Positions 1 through 12,013 of a stretch of DNA of 64,000 nt are shown one piece after another. Below the pieces are notes generated by a model, which was not told where the DNA came from, ran no database searches, and worked only from the letters and a program-made list of their open reading frames with translations. The stretch is from contig NC_086109.1 of assembly GCF_963921235.1 (NCBI RefSeq), forward strand, positions 8,868,001 through 8,932,000, given 5' to 3'. The position numbers and the translations under genes are program-made. The stretch is from Mobula hypostoma (taxonomy: Eukaryota). The first letter of the stretch is position 1. Each line of letters opens with the position of its first letter.

Positions 1-3000
1 TTTCTCCCACTGGTGAAACCTTTGAAGGGGCATTTGATTCTTCAGTGGAGCACAGTACTAGCAGGGATAACGAGCCTGTTCTTTCCAATGTGATACATTG
101 CAAACAGTATCGTAGATTCCCGTTACACGTGTGTACACATTTACTTTATACTTTAACCCACAGCGCTAAATTAGCAGACACTTCAGCTGAAACTACTTTA
201 TGGTTCAGAACTTCATGTTGAAAATACTGCAGATTTAATCCTTGATACTGTTGAGGCACGAAGCTCTTTTCATCCATTGAGTCTTCCAGTGTCAACAAAG
301 CAGCAGGCAGGGGGTTCATCTCCTGAGGACGTGCTGTTGAGAGTGGACCTTTGCGCCAGCCAACGGGATTGCCCTACTGACGGGGATTGACAGAGCAAAC
401 ATTTCCGTGTAGTGACACAGAATTCTTCCGCAGACAGCAAAAAGTATGTTCTCCCCGTTACCAAAGTTCTCTTAGATGCTGAAATCTAATCCGCAAGCAC
501 TACTTCCACTGGCAGCTCGTTCCGCACGCTCACCACCCTCTTGGGTCAAGATGTTTTCCCTTAAGTATTTCACCTTTCACCCTTAACCTAACAGCTCCAG
601 GTCTAATCTCACCCAACCTTAGTGGAACAAGCCTGCTTGCATTTATCATGTCTGTAGTCCCTGCACATTGTCCTGTATGGCATGTACATAAGTTTTTTTT
701 AAAAATCCTGGAGAGGAGGTCAAGAAAATGATGGAAGATCTCCATATCTTCTCTGGTGAGGCTCTCTTAATCTCTAAGCCAAAGGTACAGAACCTTCAGA
801 GGGAAGCAGTTAATATATTAGTTGCATCACACGGTGTGAATGAACAATTCTTCTCTATTTCCTGGGGACAACCCGGCGGCTCCACAAGTCAAAAAATGAA
901 AAACCCTTTCCATTTCTCCTTATCACAGTGCTTTTAGTAAGTTTTATCTGCTGATGTGCTCATAACAATATCATTTCTCATAAAAGACTGTTGCTTTCAA
1001 GAAAAGTGGAGTCTCATTTTTTAAGAAAATGGCTGTAAATGGTACATAAATTAGTCAGCCAGTGTGAACTCTGGTTCTCGAGGTTGATGCCTGTATTGAA
1101 CTTTGTTGCTGTTATTGCGTATGGTAAAGGAATAGTTTTTTGTTGTTTTTTTTTCTGCTGCTAAAAGGGGCCAATGTTTTACATTCTATTTTCCTTGAAT
1201 TGTTTATTGGAAGTTGCTGCTATTTTTATTTTCATAGGTAGATTTGCGCATGGAATGCATCTGGTTAACTATTAAGGGCAAGGCTTTCAACTTGAGTTGG
1301 CCATGGTAGTGGGCAGTCTTTCATCTAACTCCGCAGGTTCCCATCCTGGGGTTCATGGACTCAGCGAATCGTGGGGGTCCACAGCGTTAAAAAAAACCCT
1401 GGTCTAACCTGTTGGAAAACCCTCAGATATTGAATATTGCAGTGGACTTCCACTGAGAGGAGAGGGGAAACAACTTTGGCCTGAAATAATCCTGGGTACA
1501 AACTATTAAAAGCACTCATATTTACATATGATAATGAGTACCGAGTACTAAACACAGCATGACCTTCACATCCAGACACCACTCTGGAACATGTTCAATG
1601 AATTTTGTCTCAGTCTTAGTTTTGATGAAAAGAAATATAATGTTTTTGCTGCTTACGTTTGTTATAAATAAAATGGGGCTTAGAATTTATGACAACGTTG
1701 ATGTACTCCAATTCCTCTAAATTTAACTTTGCTCTGCTTTATTTCTGTGTGTAGCTACTTCACGTACAAGTCTCAGGTAATTATACACTTACACGCCATT
1801 TCTGCTTTGGGTTTTAAGATCACCTTTAGTGTCTAGTTTGTAGTTCTTGAGGTGAAGTTTGATGTAAGTGCTGTCGATGGGCAATAAATCACCTGACTTT
1901 GCCCCAGGTGCAAGTTGACTGTCTTCAGTATCTGTCTGTTTTGCCTTTTGGTGTTTTACTAAGCATTAAACGTTTTGGAGTTCAGACTATGAGGTATCCT
2001 GAACCTCAACACAAAATTTGTTCCCTATGCTTTTCTGTTGAAACGTTACAAATCTTTGCGGACACACAGATAGCTGGAGTAACTCACTGGGTCAGGCAGC
2101 ATCCTGGGAAGAAGGGGAGATGAGATCTTGTCCAGTCCGGATTTGAGGATCTTGGCCCAAAACGTTGACTGTTCGTTTCCCTCCACAGAGGCCGCCCAAC
2201 CCGTGAGTTCCTCCAGCATCATGCATGTGTTGGTCCAGGTTCCCAGCATCTGCAGTCTGGTGTCAGAATTTCTGCAGAAATTTAATGGGTGTGGCTCTGG
2301 GCGTGTAAAAGTCAGGGCAGGGTGTGATGAGTAGCTTAAAAGTGGGCCTGACGAGTAGCTTAAAAGTGGGCGTGACGTGACACACTTCACCAGTGCTCAG
2401 ATTGTTCTCAGCACTCCAGTTACATGTTTAACTTTAATCATCCAGTCTTTTCACTGTTCTGTCCATAAGCCAAGAGATTTGATTTATTGGCAGTGTGGTC
2501 AGACTTAATTTCTGAAGCCCATAACTTTGATTTTCGAGCTGAGCGTTTTTTTAAAAACTCCACTACGTAATGCTATGTGGGAAAATGCAGCATATACTGG
2601 TGACCTGGGTGTGTGTTACACAGATAAAGATGCAGTTTGCACACCCTTGACAGAAACACACCACCCGTTTCAGAACTTAGCCATGTAGACCTGGATCTTC
2701 AAAGACCCATGATCAGTTATTCAGAGGTGGGGGGTGGGGGGGAAGGGTTGGAAGAAATCTTGATAATATAGTGAGTGTCCCTGCCCAGTTGCTGCTCTCG
2801 TGTGTTATTATACGGTGAGATCTCTTCCCACATTAAAAACACGCTGTCGACACTTGTAGCTGAGCCTTAGACAGAGCAAATTGCAAATGATAGACCAGGG
2901 AATGGCTGACAACAGAAAAACCAGTTCTCAGATTAGCTCCACCAAGACTAACTGAAGCAAAGTAGGATGTATTGTAAGGTTGGTGTTACCAGTCCAGGTT

Positions 3001-4817
3001 AACTTACAAAAGCAATGAAAGTAAGTGATATATATTCTGGTTGTTTTATGAAGTACTAAATTGAATTATTGTAATGAATTTTAAATAAACATTTACTTTA
3101 TTTCATTTTCATGAAGAGGGCTTCTTTACCTGCAGTTCGTACCTGGTTTTATTGTATTTTTAATAACAACACTGTCAGTCAGTGCGGTATGGAGACATCT
3201 GACTACAAGTAACTGCACAGCCAAGGCAACTGTTAAACTAAAACAAACTGCAGCATCTTCTCCCAGCAAAAGCAGGATTATTTCTTTTCGGAAAAGTGCG
3301 GGATATTTTATGCACAGGGTTATGAAGAAGTCTGTGGTTCATGGGAGTTTGGCCATCTAATAGATTGATAACCCTCTCTGTTGCATACAAAAAACTACGG
3401 CCATGTTCTGATATCAACACGCTTCTAAGGCGTCCATTAGGGGTGTAACAGGAAGTTTTGAGCCTTGACAATGACTCTGATTCTTTGTGAAAAGACTGCT
3501 GCCAACTATAAAAAAGTAACTTTCATTTTCCACTTCTTGTAAAACATCCTTGCTTATCTTTTTCAAGAAACCACGTGTTCCTGTGTGGCAGTAAAGAAAC
3601 ACAGGGGGTCTTAAGGTGTATTCGGAGGTAACTGCAGATTTTATGCTTTGTAAATCAGTAGGTAGAATTCCATTCCTTTATCGATGCACAGAGGTGGTTG
3701 TCTCACCTGTGCGTCAGTTCCACCCACAGAGTTCTCAGGCTGCAGTGTTGCCAAGAGGCATTACACTTACTGCAGAGTGTGGGGCCCAGGGTTTTATCAG
3801 TGCCCTCCTATCCATTGCTCTCAATCATTCCTCTGCCCACTGTTTCTGGTATTGAGTCATTGAAATGTCAACTTACCAATTACCAGCTCTGACTGGAGAC
3901 TACCCATCAGCAGGAAAGGTGCCAGGAGTGTTTCCAGTTATATAGCAGAATTAATTAGAATAGATAACTTAATGCTGGAAATACTCAGTAGGTCAGGCAG
4001 TGTCTGTGTGGAGAGAGAGAGAGAACTAATTTCAGATTTGGTAACTTCCACATGAAATTTTAACTGACCTGACAATCTCCAGTTGTCTAAATTTTTTAAT
4101 TTGGATTTTCTGTATTCAGTTTTGCTTTTCAGCTAATACTAGAAACAATCTTCTCGTATTGGCTCGTAGAAACAATCTTCTTAAAATATAGATAGATATA
4201 CTTTATTAATCCTGAGGGAAATTTGGTTTTGTTACATTCGCACCAGCCAAGAACAGAGCATAAATATAGCAATGCAAAAGAACCCCAACAATCAAACACC
4301 AAAATGCAAACTATGCCAGATGGAAAATAAGTCCAGGACCAGTCTATTGGCTCAGGGTGTCTGACCCTCCACAGGAGGAGCTGCAAGTTCAATGGCCACA
4401 GGCAGGAACGACCTCCCGTGCCGCCAAGTGTTGTATCACGGTGGAATGTGACCGAAGTCCCACAATAAAAAGTTCAATATCCAGTCTGCAAACACGTTCC
4501 TCGATCATAATATACCCATTCATTGTTAGCCAGAACAGTAAGCACCCAACTCCTTTACGCTTAACGCTCTCAGTGCACTTCCGGTCAGCCGGAACGGTAT
4601 TACCCACCGAACTCCTCTTCTCCAAAAGTCTCTGTTGTCTCGACCCGGTCCCCTTTCCTTGGCTTTGTGAAATGGGGGGAAAAAGTGTTAGGATGTTAGC
4701 AGACTCTGCTGAAAATAAAGATTTTGGTACAGAGGAATTGTGGAAAAAAAATAACTTTGGAGGGCTCAAATTACTGCATTGCTTTTATTAAAGGCCATTT
4801 TAATCCAAGTACTGATA

Positions 4818-5095
4818 GAAGTGGTTAAGGCATTGGACTAGCGATCTGAAGGTCGTGGGTTGGAGCCTCGGCTGGGACAACGTGCGTGTCCTTGAGCAAG
4901 GCACTTAACCACACACTGCTCCAGTCCACCCAGCTGAGAATGCATACTGGCAAAATGCTGGGGGTTAACCTCGTGATAGACTGGCGTCCTATCTGGGGGG
5001 GAGTCTCGTACTCTCAGTCGCTTCACACCACGGAAACTGATATAAGCACCGGCCTGATGAGCCTATAAGGCTCGGGACAGACTTTAACTTAACTC
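4818..5095 (+). mobile_element. tRNA-derived SINE
   Basis: GTGGTTAAGGCATTGGACTAGCGATCTGAAGGTCGTGGGTTGGAGCC head followed by GTGTCCTTGAGCAAGGCACTTAA; same head at 14270-14585 and ~27935-28025(-). Confidence 0.7.
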
Positions 5096-5159
5096 TAACT
5101 AACTGATAAAATAATAGCCACAGCATCTCAACGGCTTGTTGTGATGCAGAAGTCCTGGG

Positions 5160-5425
5160 GCACGACAGTGTTGTGGTTAGCTCAACGCTTTGCGGTACAG
5201 GCAACCCGGGTTCAATTCCCACCGCTGCCTGTAAGGAATTTGTACGTTCTCCCCGTGACTGCTAGGGTTTCCTCTGGGTGCTCTGGTCTCCTCCCACAGT
5301 CCAAAGACCTACCGGTTGGTCATTGTAAATTGTCCCGTGATTAGGCCGGGATTGAATCGGGGGATTGTTGGGTGGCGAGGCTTAAAAGGCTGGTAGCGCC
5401 TGCTCCACTCTATATCCCAATAAAT
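5160..5425 (+). mobile_element. V-SINE / HE1-like tRNA-derived SINE (representative of many copies)
   Basis: Box A/B-like head (GGTTCAATTCC) and V-domain-like GGGTTTCCTCTGGGTGCTCTGGTCTCCTCCCACAGTCCAAAGA; similar copies near 5740, 13990, 14620(-), 26680, 29740, 38790(-), 43820, 53545, 54350(-), 59080(-), 60095. Confidence 0.75.
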
Positions 5426-6553
5426 GAAGTGCGAAGCTTAATTGAATTTGAATAGGTGGCCCTATTGTAATCTAAGTTTGCAGTGGTGGCCACTGGGCGA
5501 GATGGGGGAAAGGGAGGACGTGTTGGGCAGTCGTATCTCGCCACACCAGCTCTGATGAGCTTTGCTCAATGGGTTTTAATATCTTATCTGCCACTCCATT
5601 CAATCTCCTCTCAACCTGCCACAAAAGAACCCTGTTAGCTGATTATAAAGAGAGCAATTTTGGTGCTGATGATAAAGAATTTTAAGATGAACTACTACTG
5701 TGTTTGCCTTTTCGTCTGAGGAGCTACTTCACAGTGAGGGCTGCCACGGTTTGCTATTACAACTCAGGGCTTTCCGGAGTTCGATCCCAGCGACGTTTGT
5801 ACGTTCCCTCCGAGTGACAGCAGGGGTTTCCTCTGGGTGCTCCAGTTCACCTCCACCCGCCCCCCCCCCAACAGTCCAAAAATGTACCGGTCAGTCGGTC
5901 ACTGTAAATTGTCCTGCGAATAGGCTGGTGTTAAATAGGTGGATTGCTGGGCCCAGAAGGGCCTGTTCCGCATTGTATCTGTAGATAAATTACTAAATAA
6001 ATAAACATATAAGGGTAAGCCAAGGGACTTGACTGTTCCAGAGGTTGTTAATTAGAAAATGTTCTGTGATCTTAAGTAGGGCGGAAGGGTTAACAATCCA
6101 TTGACAGTCTTGACAAGATTGTGGACCTGAGGACCCAGGCTTCCTCCTTCGTAGAAACCTACAGCACATTACAGGCCCTTTGGCCTACAATGTTTTGCCG
6201 ACCATGTAACCTACTGTGGAAACTGCCTAGAATTTCCCTACCGCACAGCCCTCTATTTTTCTAAACTCCATGTACCTATCTAAGAGTCTCTTAAATGACC
6301 CTATTGTTTCCACCTCCACCACCGTCGCTGGCAGTACATTCCAGACACCCACCCTCTCTGCCCCTAGCTAACGATGCCTCCACCACTACAGACACACACT
6401 CACACTCCCCCATCCCCCACCCATCACTCTGGACTCTAGGCCACTGTGTACCTGTGGTATTGGCACAAAAACTTTAAAAGATTTACAAGTAGCAACCGTC
6501 CCAGAATATGGTCAGGATCTGTGTGCCTGATTGGCAAATCTGCTCCGTAATGT

Positions 6554-6725
6554 ACACAAAATGCTGGAGGAACTCAGCGGATCAGGCAGCATCTGTGGAG
6601 AGGAATGAAGAGTGGAAGTTTCCAACGGTTCCATCAGGACCCCAGCCCCAGCCCTGCCTGACCTGCTGAGTTCCTCCAGCATTTTGTGTGTGCTACGCTG
6701 GATTTCCAGTGTCTGCAGAATCTCT
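6554..6725. repeat. Palindromic Penelope-terminus-derived short element (many similar copies)
   Basis: 25-bp perfect inverted arms at 6554-6578 and 6665-6689; related copies near 2060-2260, 3970-4110, 22955-23140, 33060-33240, 33435-33637, 58620-58790. Confidence 0.75.
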
Positions 6726-7959
6726 AGATTAAGCTGTTTAAAGAGAAAAGTACAGACTACAAACTCTGTATTACACAGGCAGCTGATGGTCATTAAAACT
6801 GATGAGCCTCTAAGCAGTGAGAGGACACATTGCCCTATAATATCAGCTCGTTTTCAGCATGAGTAGGGAAATCCTCAATGCATTCCTCTGCAGTCGGATT
6901 CCTATTGGACAGCTGGATTTGGATCCTCGTTAGATTGACATTGTGATTTTAAACCTTCTGTACAGTTAGTTTTTACACATCACCTTTTGTCTTAAGGAAC
7001 AGAAATTATATTGATATTTGTTTAATAAGTACTATTATTCTAATGGAGATTTTAAACTGCACTGCAGTTTTCCTTTGCAACTCTGGGCTGTGTACACATT
7101 TTTTTTTGCCCAAAAGCTGGAAATGCTGGTGTCACCGAACAGGGACTTCAGGAGTTGATTTGCCCCCCTCCCTCCCACCTTTAACTAGTGGGTAGCAGGA
7201 TATCACTGAAGTGCCAAACACAAGCTGAAGTTCCTTCCCCACTTCCTCCCCGTCCCTCTTGCCTCTCCAACGCTGCATTAACCCAAAGCAGTAGGAAGTC
7301 GGGATACAGGGCTAGCCATGCCGTAATATGCAGCGGAATAGAGAGAACATTGGTGCAGAGCCTCGAGAGTTGAGACCTGTCTCACTCAGGCAGAGAGATG
7401 TTATGCACCATTTCAATGTTGTTTTTAAGGCTCTTATTTTTGACATGATTTAGTACCTGTTGAAGAAGTTTTTTTTGTCCATTGTGCTTGGGAATAATAA
7501 TCAGCATCAAATTCTAACCAGGTAAGACCGGTGAAACAAGAGGAAAGGCAAATTGTTAAATTGTTGTATAAATTCAAGTTCAAGTTTATTGTCATCCAAG
7601 TATACACGTTTACAGCTAAAGAAACAATGTTTCTCCAGGGCCAAGGTGCAAAACGCAGTACGTATAGAACACAGCGTTTGTAGTTATGATCACCGTTTGT
7701 TGGACTTGGAGAGGCTGCCATCTTACTGAAGCCTCTTTTTTAAAATAAATAAGGCCTGGTCGTTGGGGAACTTGAGCCAGCTGCAAACACTTAGGAACTG
7801 ACACACTAACTGCTACGCCAATGTTGCTCTGGGCTTATTCTGGGATAAAGGAGAAGAGAATGATGGAGGCTTTTCAGAACAGGATCCAAGGATCAAAAAA
7901 TTGCTACATCAGCAAAGGATATATAGCAATTCCATTCAAATACAATCCAGGTAGTCCCA

Positions 7960-9635
7960 GACCTAATCAGTTCCCCTCTACCACCACTCTGCTCCGTCTA
8001 GCGGAATTAGTCCTTACTCTCAATAATTTCTCCTTTGGCTCCTCCCACTTCCTCCAAACTAAAGGTGTAGCTATGGGCACCCGTATGGGTCCTAGCTATG
8101 CCTGCCTTTTTGTTGGCTTTGTGGAACAATCTATGTTCCGTGCCTATTCTGGTATCTGTCCCCCACTTTTCCTTCGCTACATCGATGACTGCATTGGCGC
8201 TGCTTCCTGCACGCATGCAGAACTCGTTGACTTTATTAACTTTGTCTCCAACTTTCACCCTGCCCTCAAGTTTACCTGGTCCATTTCCGACACCTCCCTC
8301 CCTTTTCTAGATCTTTCTGTCTCTGTCTCTGGAGACAGCTCATCCACTGATGTCTACTATAAGCCTACTGACTCTCACAGCTATCTGGACTATTCCTCTT
8401 CTCACCCTGTCTCTTGCAAAAACGCCATCCCCTTCTCACAATTCCTCTGTCTCCGCCGCATCTGCTCTCAGGATGAGGCTTTTCATTCTAGGACGAGGGA
8501 GATGTCTTCCTTTTTTAAAGAAAGGGGCTTCCCTTCCTCCACTATCAACTCTGCTCTTAAACGCATCTCCCCCATTTCACATACATCTGCTCTCACTCCA
8601 TCCTCCCGCCACCCCACTAGGAATAGGGTTCCCCTAGTCCTCACCTACCACCCCACCAGCCTCCGGCTCCAACATATTATTCTCCGTAACTTCCGCCACC
8701 TCCAACGGGATCCCACCACTAAGCACATCTTTCCCTCCCCACCTCTCTCTGCATTCCGCAGGGTTCGCTCCCTACGCAACTCCCTTGTCCATTCGTCCCC
8801 CCCATCCCTCCCCACTGATCTCCCTCCTGGCACTTATCCGTGTAAGCGGAACAAGTGCTACACATGCCCTTACACTTCCTTCCTTACCACCATTCAGGGC
8901 CCCAAACAGTCCTTCCAGGTGAGGCATCACTTCACCTGTGAGTCGACTGGGGTGATATACTGCGTCCGGTGCTCCCAATGTGACCTTTTATATATTGGCG
9001 AGACCCAACGCAGACTGGGAGACCGCTTTGCTGAACATCTATGCTCTGTCCGCCAGAGAAAGCAGGATCTCCCAGTGGCCACACATTTTAATTCCACATC
9101 CCATTCCCATTCTGACATGTCTATCCACGGCCTCCTCTACTGTCAAGATGAAGCCACACTCAGGTTGGAGGAACAACACCTTATATTCCGTCTGGGTAGC
9201 CTCCAAACTGATGGCATGAACATCGACTTCTCTAACTTCCGCTAAGGCCCCACCTCCCCCTCGTACCCCATCTGTTACTTATTTTTATGCACACATTCTT
9301 TCTCTCACTCTCCTTTTTCTCCCTCTGTCCCTCTGAATATACCTCTTGCCCATCCTCTGGGTCCCCCCTCCCTTGTCTTTCTTCCCAGACCTCCTGTCCC
9401 ATGATCCTCTCGTATCCCCTTTTGCCAATCACCTGTCCAGCTCTTGGCTCCATCCCTCCCCCTCCTGTCTTCTCCTATCATTTTGGATCTCCCCCTCCCC
9501 CTCCAACTTTCAAATCCCTTACTCACTCTTCCTTCAGTTAGTCCTGACGAAGGGTCTCGGCCCGAAGCGTCGACTGCACCTCTTCCTACAGATGCTGCCT
9601 GGCCTGCTGCGTTCACCAGCAACTTTTATGTGTGT
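7960..9635 (+). mobile_element. 5'-truncated Penelope-like retroelement (RT + GIY-YIG endonuclease)
   Basis: Uninterrupted ORF to 9245 with GVAMGTRMGP, YIDD and GVIYCVRC...LYIGET motifs; 14-bp TSD TCCAGGTAGTCCCA at 7946-7959 and 9636-9649. Confidence 0.93.
9540..9575 (+). ncRNA. Minimal hammerhead ribozyme motif in the Penelope terminal repeat (GAAA>GAAG variant)
   Basis: AGTC-CTGACGA-AGGG-TCTCGG-CCC-GAAGC-GTC-GACT; stem I AGTC/GACT, stem II GGG/CCC. Confidence 0.65.
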
Positions 9636-10372
9636 TCCAGGTAGTCCCACTTCCCTTTCAGATATTTACCCAGCTCTCCTTTGAATGTTGCTACAATATA
9701 TAAGATGATAAGAGGAAATGATACAGTGGACAGCCAGTGACCTTTCCCCAGGGTGGAAATGGCTAATAAGATGGTATCATTGTGGCTGGATTGTCGGCAT
9801 CTGTACCATCAACTCGGGTGATATGTCGCTCGGTGTCTTGGACTACGTGTGTAGTTTTTTTTGCTCACTACGTTGAACGTGCTTGTGTATGTTTTGCACC
9901 TTGGCCCCAGGGGAACACTGTTTTGTTCCACTGTGTGGATGGCTGATCATTAAATTTGATTTGATTTCATTTGAATTTTAAGTTGATTGGAAGAAAGTGT
10001 AGAGCGGATGTCAGAGTTTTTTTTTACACAGAGTGCGGTGCATGGAACGCACTGCCAGAAATGGTGGTAGAGTCAAAAACATTAGGGACATTTAAGGAAC
10101 ATTTAGATCGGCATGCTATGTTGGCAGCAGGATGTGTGGCAACACCTGCCAGAGCGTGTGACGCCCCACCTGAGCTCCATCTTCCTACAATGTATCCCTC
10201 AGTCTCTTGAATATCTTAGGTTCCCACCAATCTCTGAAAGTAATAACGTTGTGACATTAAAATAAAATATAATAAGGTTTTATTTAATAATCCACAGAAC
10301 TGAAGGTGCTTTATTTCAATAAGGTGAGGGAATCGCAATTTAAAGAAAACTAGCGGGCACCTTCATTGTTTA

Positions 10373-10824
10373 CAACAGGAATTCTGCAGATGCTGGAAAT
10401 TCAAGCAACACTCATCAAAGTTGCTGGTGAGCGCAGCAGGCCGGGCAGCATCTGTAGGAAGAGGTACAGTCGATGTTTCGGGCCGAGACCCTTCGTCAGG
10501 ACTAACGGAAGGAAGAGCTAGTAAGAGATTTGGAAGGGGGAGGGGGAGATCTAAAATGATAGGAGAAGACAGGAGGGGGAGGGATGGAGCCAAGAGCTGG
10601 ACAGGTGATTGGCAAAAGGGATATGAGAGGATCATGGGACAGGAGGCCCAGGGAGAAAGACGGGTGGGGGGGGGAGGAACCCAGAGGATGGGCAAGGGGT
10701 ATAGTCAGAGGGAGAAGGAGAGAGAGAGAAAGAATGTGTGTATAAAAATAAATAACGGATGGGGTACGAGGGGGAGGTGGGGCATTAGCGGAAGTTAGAG
10801 AAGTCGATGTTCATGCCATCATTG
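10373..10824 (-). mobile_element. Penelope-like element 3' fragment
   Basis: Reverse-complement match to ~9210-9635; 11-bp TSD TTCATTGTTTA at 10362-10372 and 10825-10835. Confidence 0.92.
10468..10503 (-). ncRNA. Minimal hammerhead ribozyme motif (Penelope)
   Basis: AGTC-CTGACGA-AGGGTCTCGGCCC-GAAAC-ATC-GACT. Confidence 0.65.
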
Positions 10825-12013
10825 TTCATTGTTTATCTCGGCCTCACGAGCTTCAAGCTCTTTCACCAGCACCCTGCAGATTAAAAGGACGAAAATCAAT
10901 AAAACCCTACTGCAAGTAATGAAAAATAGCCTAGCAACCATAGCCCGACCTCCAGGAAGACCACAACCTTGTCGCCGTTTGTAGGCTTGTGTGCCTCAAT
11001 GACTGAGAGGGCTATGCTGGCTGGAGTCAGGGCTTTATGCTTTGGGTGTTGGTAGGGTCACTCATGCCGGACAGGTCAAAGGGTAGAGGCCAGACTGAGA
11101 GTGGTCCACTGGTCCTCCAGGTTCTGGGGTTCAGCTCAACCCTGACTGGTCAAACAAAATTGTTACGGAGGCAGCAATGAAGAATTTATATCTGTGTGCA
11201 ACGGTATGGACAGTGATGGAAGACTTTCACTGCTGCGCTAAACGGCAGTGACACAATGGGCAGTGAGTGAGCAAAAACCTCCTACGTCTGAGTGCGACGG
11301 TATTCCTGAGGTTCCACCCGGGAGCTGCGTGGCTGACAGCAGTGAAAACGAAGGAAGCTGCTGGCATGATAGAGGAAAACCTGAGCACTGCCAGACATGG
11401 AGGACCTTCACAGCTGCTGTAAATGCCAATGGCAGAATGGACAGCTAGGAACCATAGTCTGAGTGACACAAGGCACTGGTAATTATGGGCTTTCAGATCA
11501 TCTGTTAAATGCTCACTATAATCAAAGCAAGCCTCTATTGAAGAGAGTAAAACTCCTTGGCACTGCATTCAGCCATAATCTTTGCTCCTCCACCTTGATA
11601 CTTGTCCCACAATGTTGGAGAGCTTTAGGCCCATTGAGCCCCTGCTAGCTCATAGAGCAATCCCACCAATAATACACTCCCATTTGAATGGATCTCTTAT
11701 ACCCAAAACACGAACTTCTCATCTCTCAACCTACCCTTCCGAGGGTTCCGAGGGACATTATGTCAGCCATGACTGAACAGCGGAGCAGACTTGATGGGCC
11801 AAGTAGCCTGTTTCTGCCCCTCTGCCTTGTGTCTGTGGGTGGGATAAACAGTCGACGTTTTGGGACGAGACCCTTCCTCGGCTGTTTATTCTCATCCATA
11901 CTTGCTGCCTGACCTGCTGAGTTCCTCCAGCACATTGTGGGTGTTGTCTTAAGGTCTTATTACCTACTCAACTTCAACCATTTGAATTATAGTCAGGTAA
12001 ATTTACAGAATAA

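Noticed and set aside
270..420. Cyclin D3 terminal coding exon
   Set aside because: The frames I translated show no cyclin D C-terminal TPTDV-like motif
2325..2372. CTGACGA as a hammerhead core
   Set aside because: No GAAA or pairing stems follow
4818..4880. Functional tRNA gene
   Set aside because: Degenerate tRNA-like head continuing into a repeated SINE body
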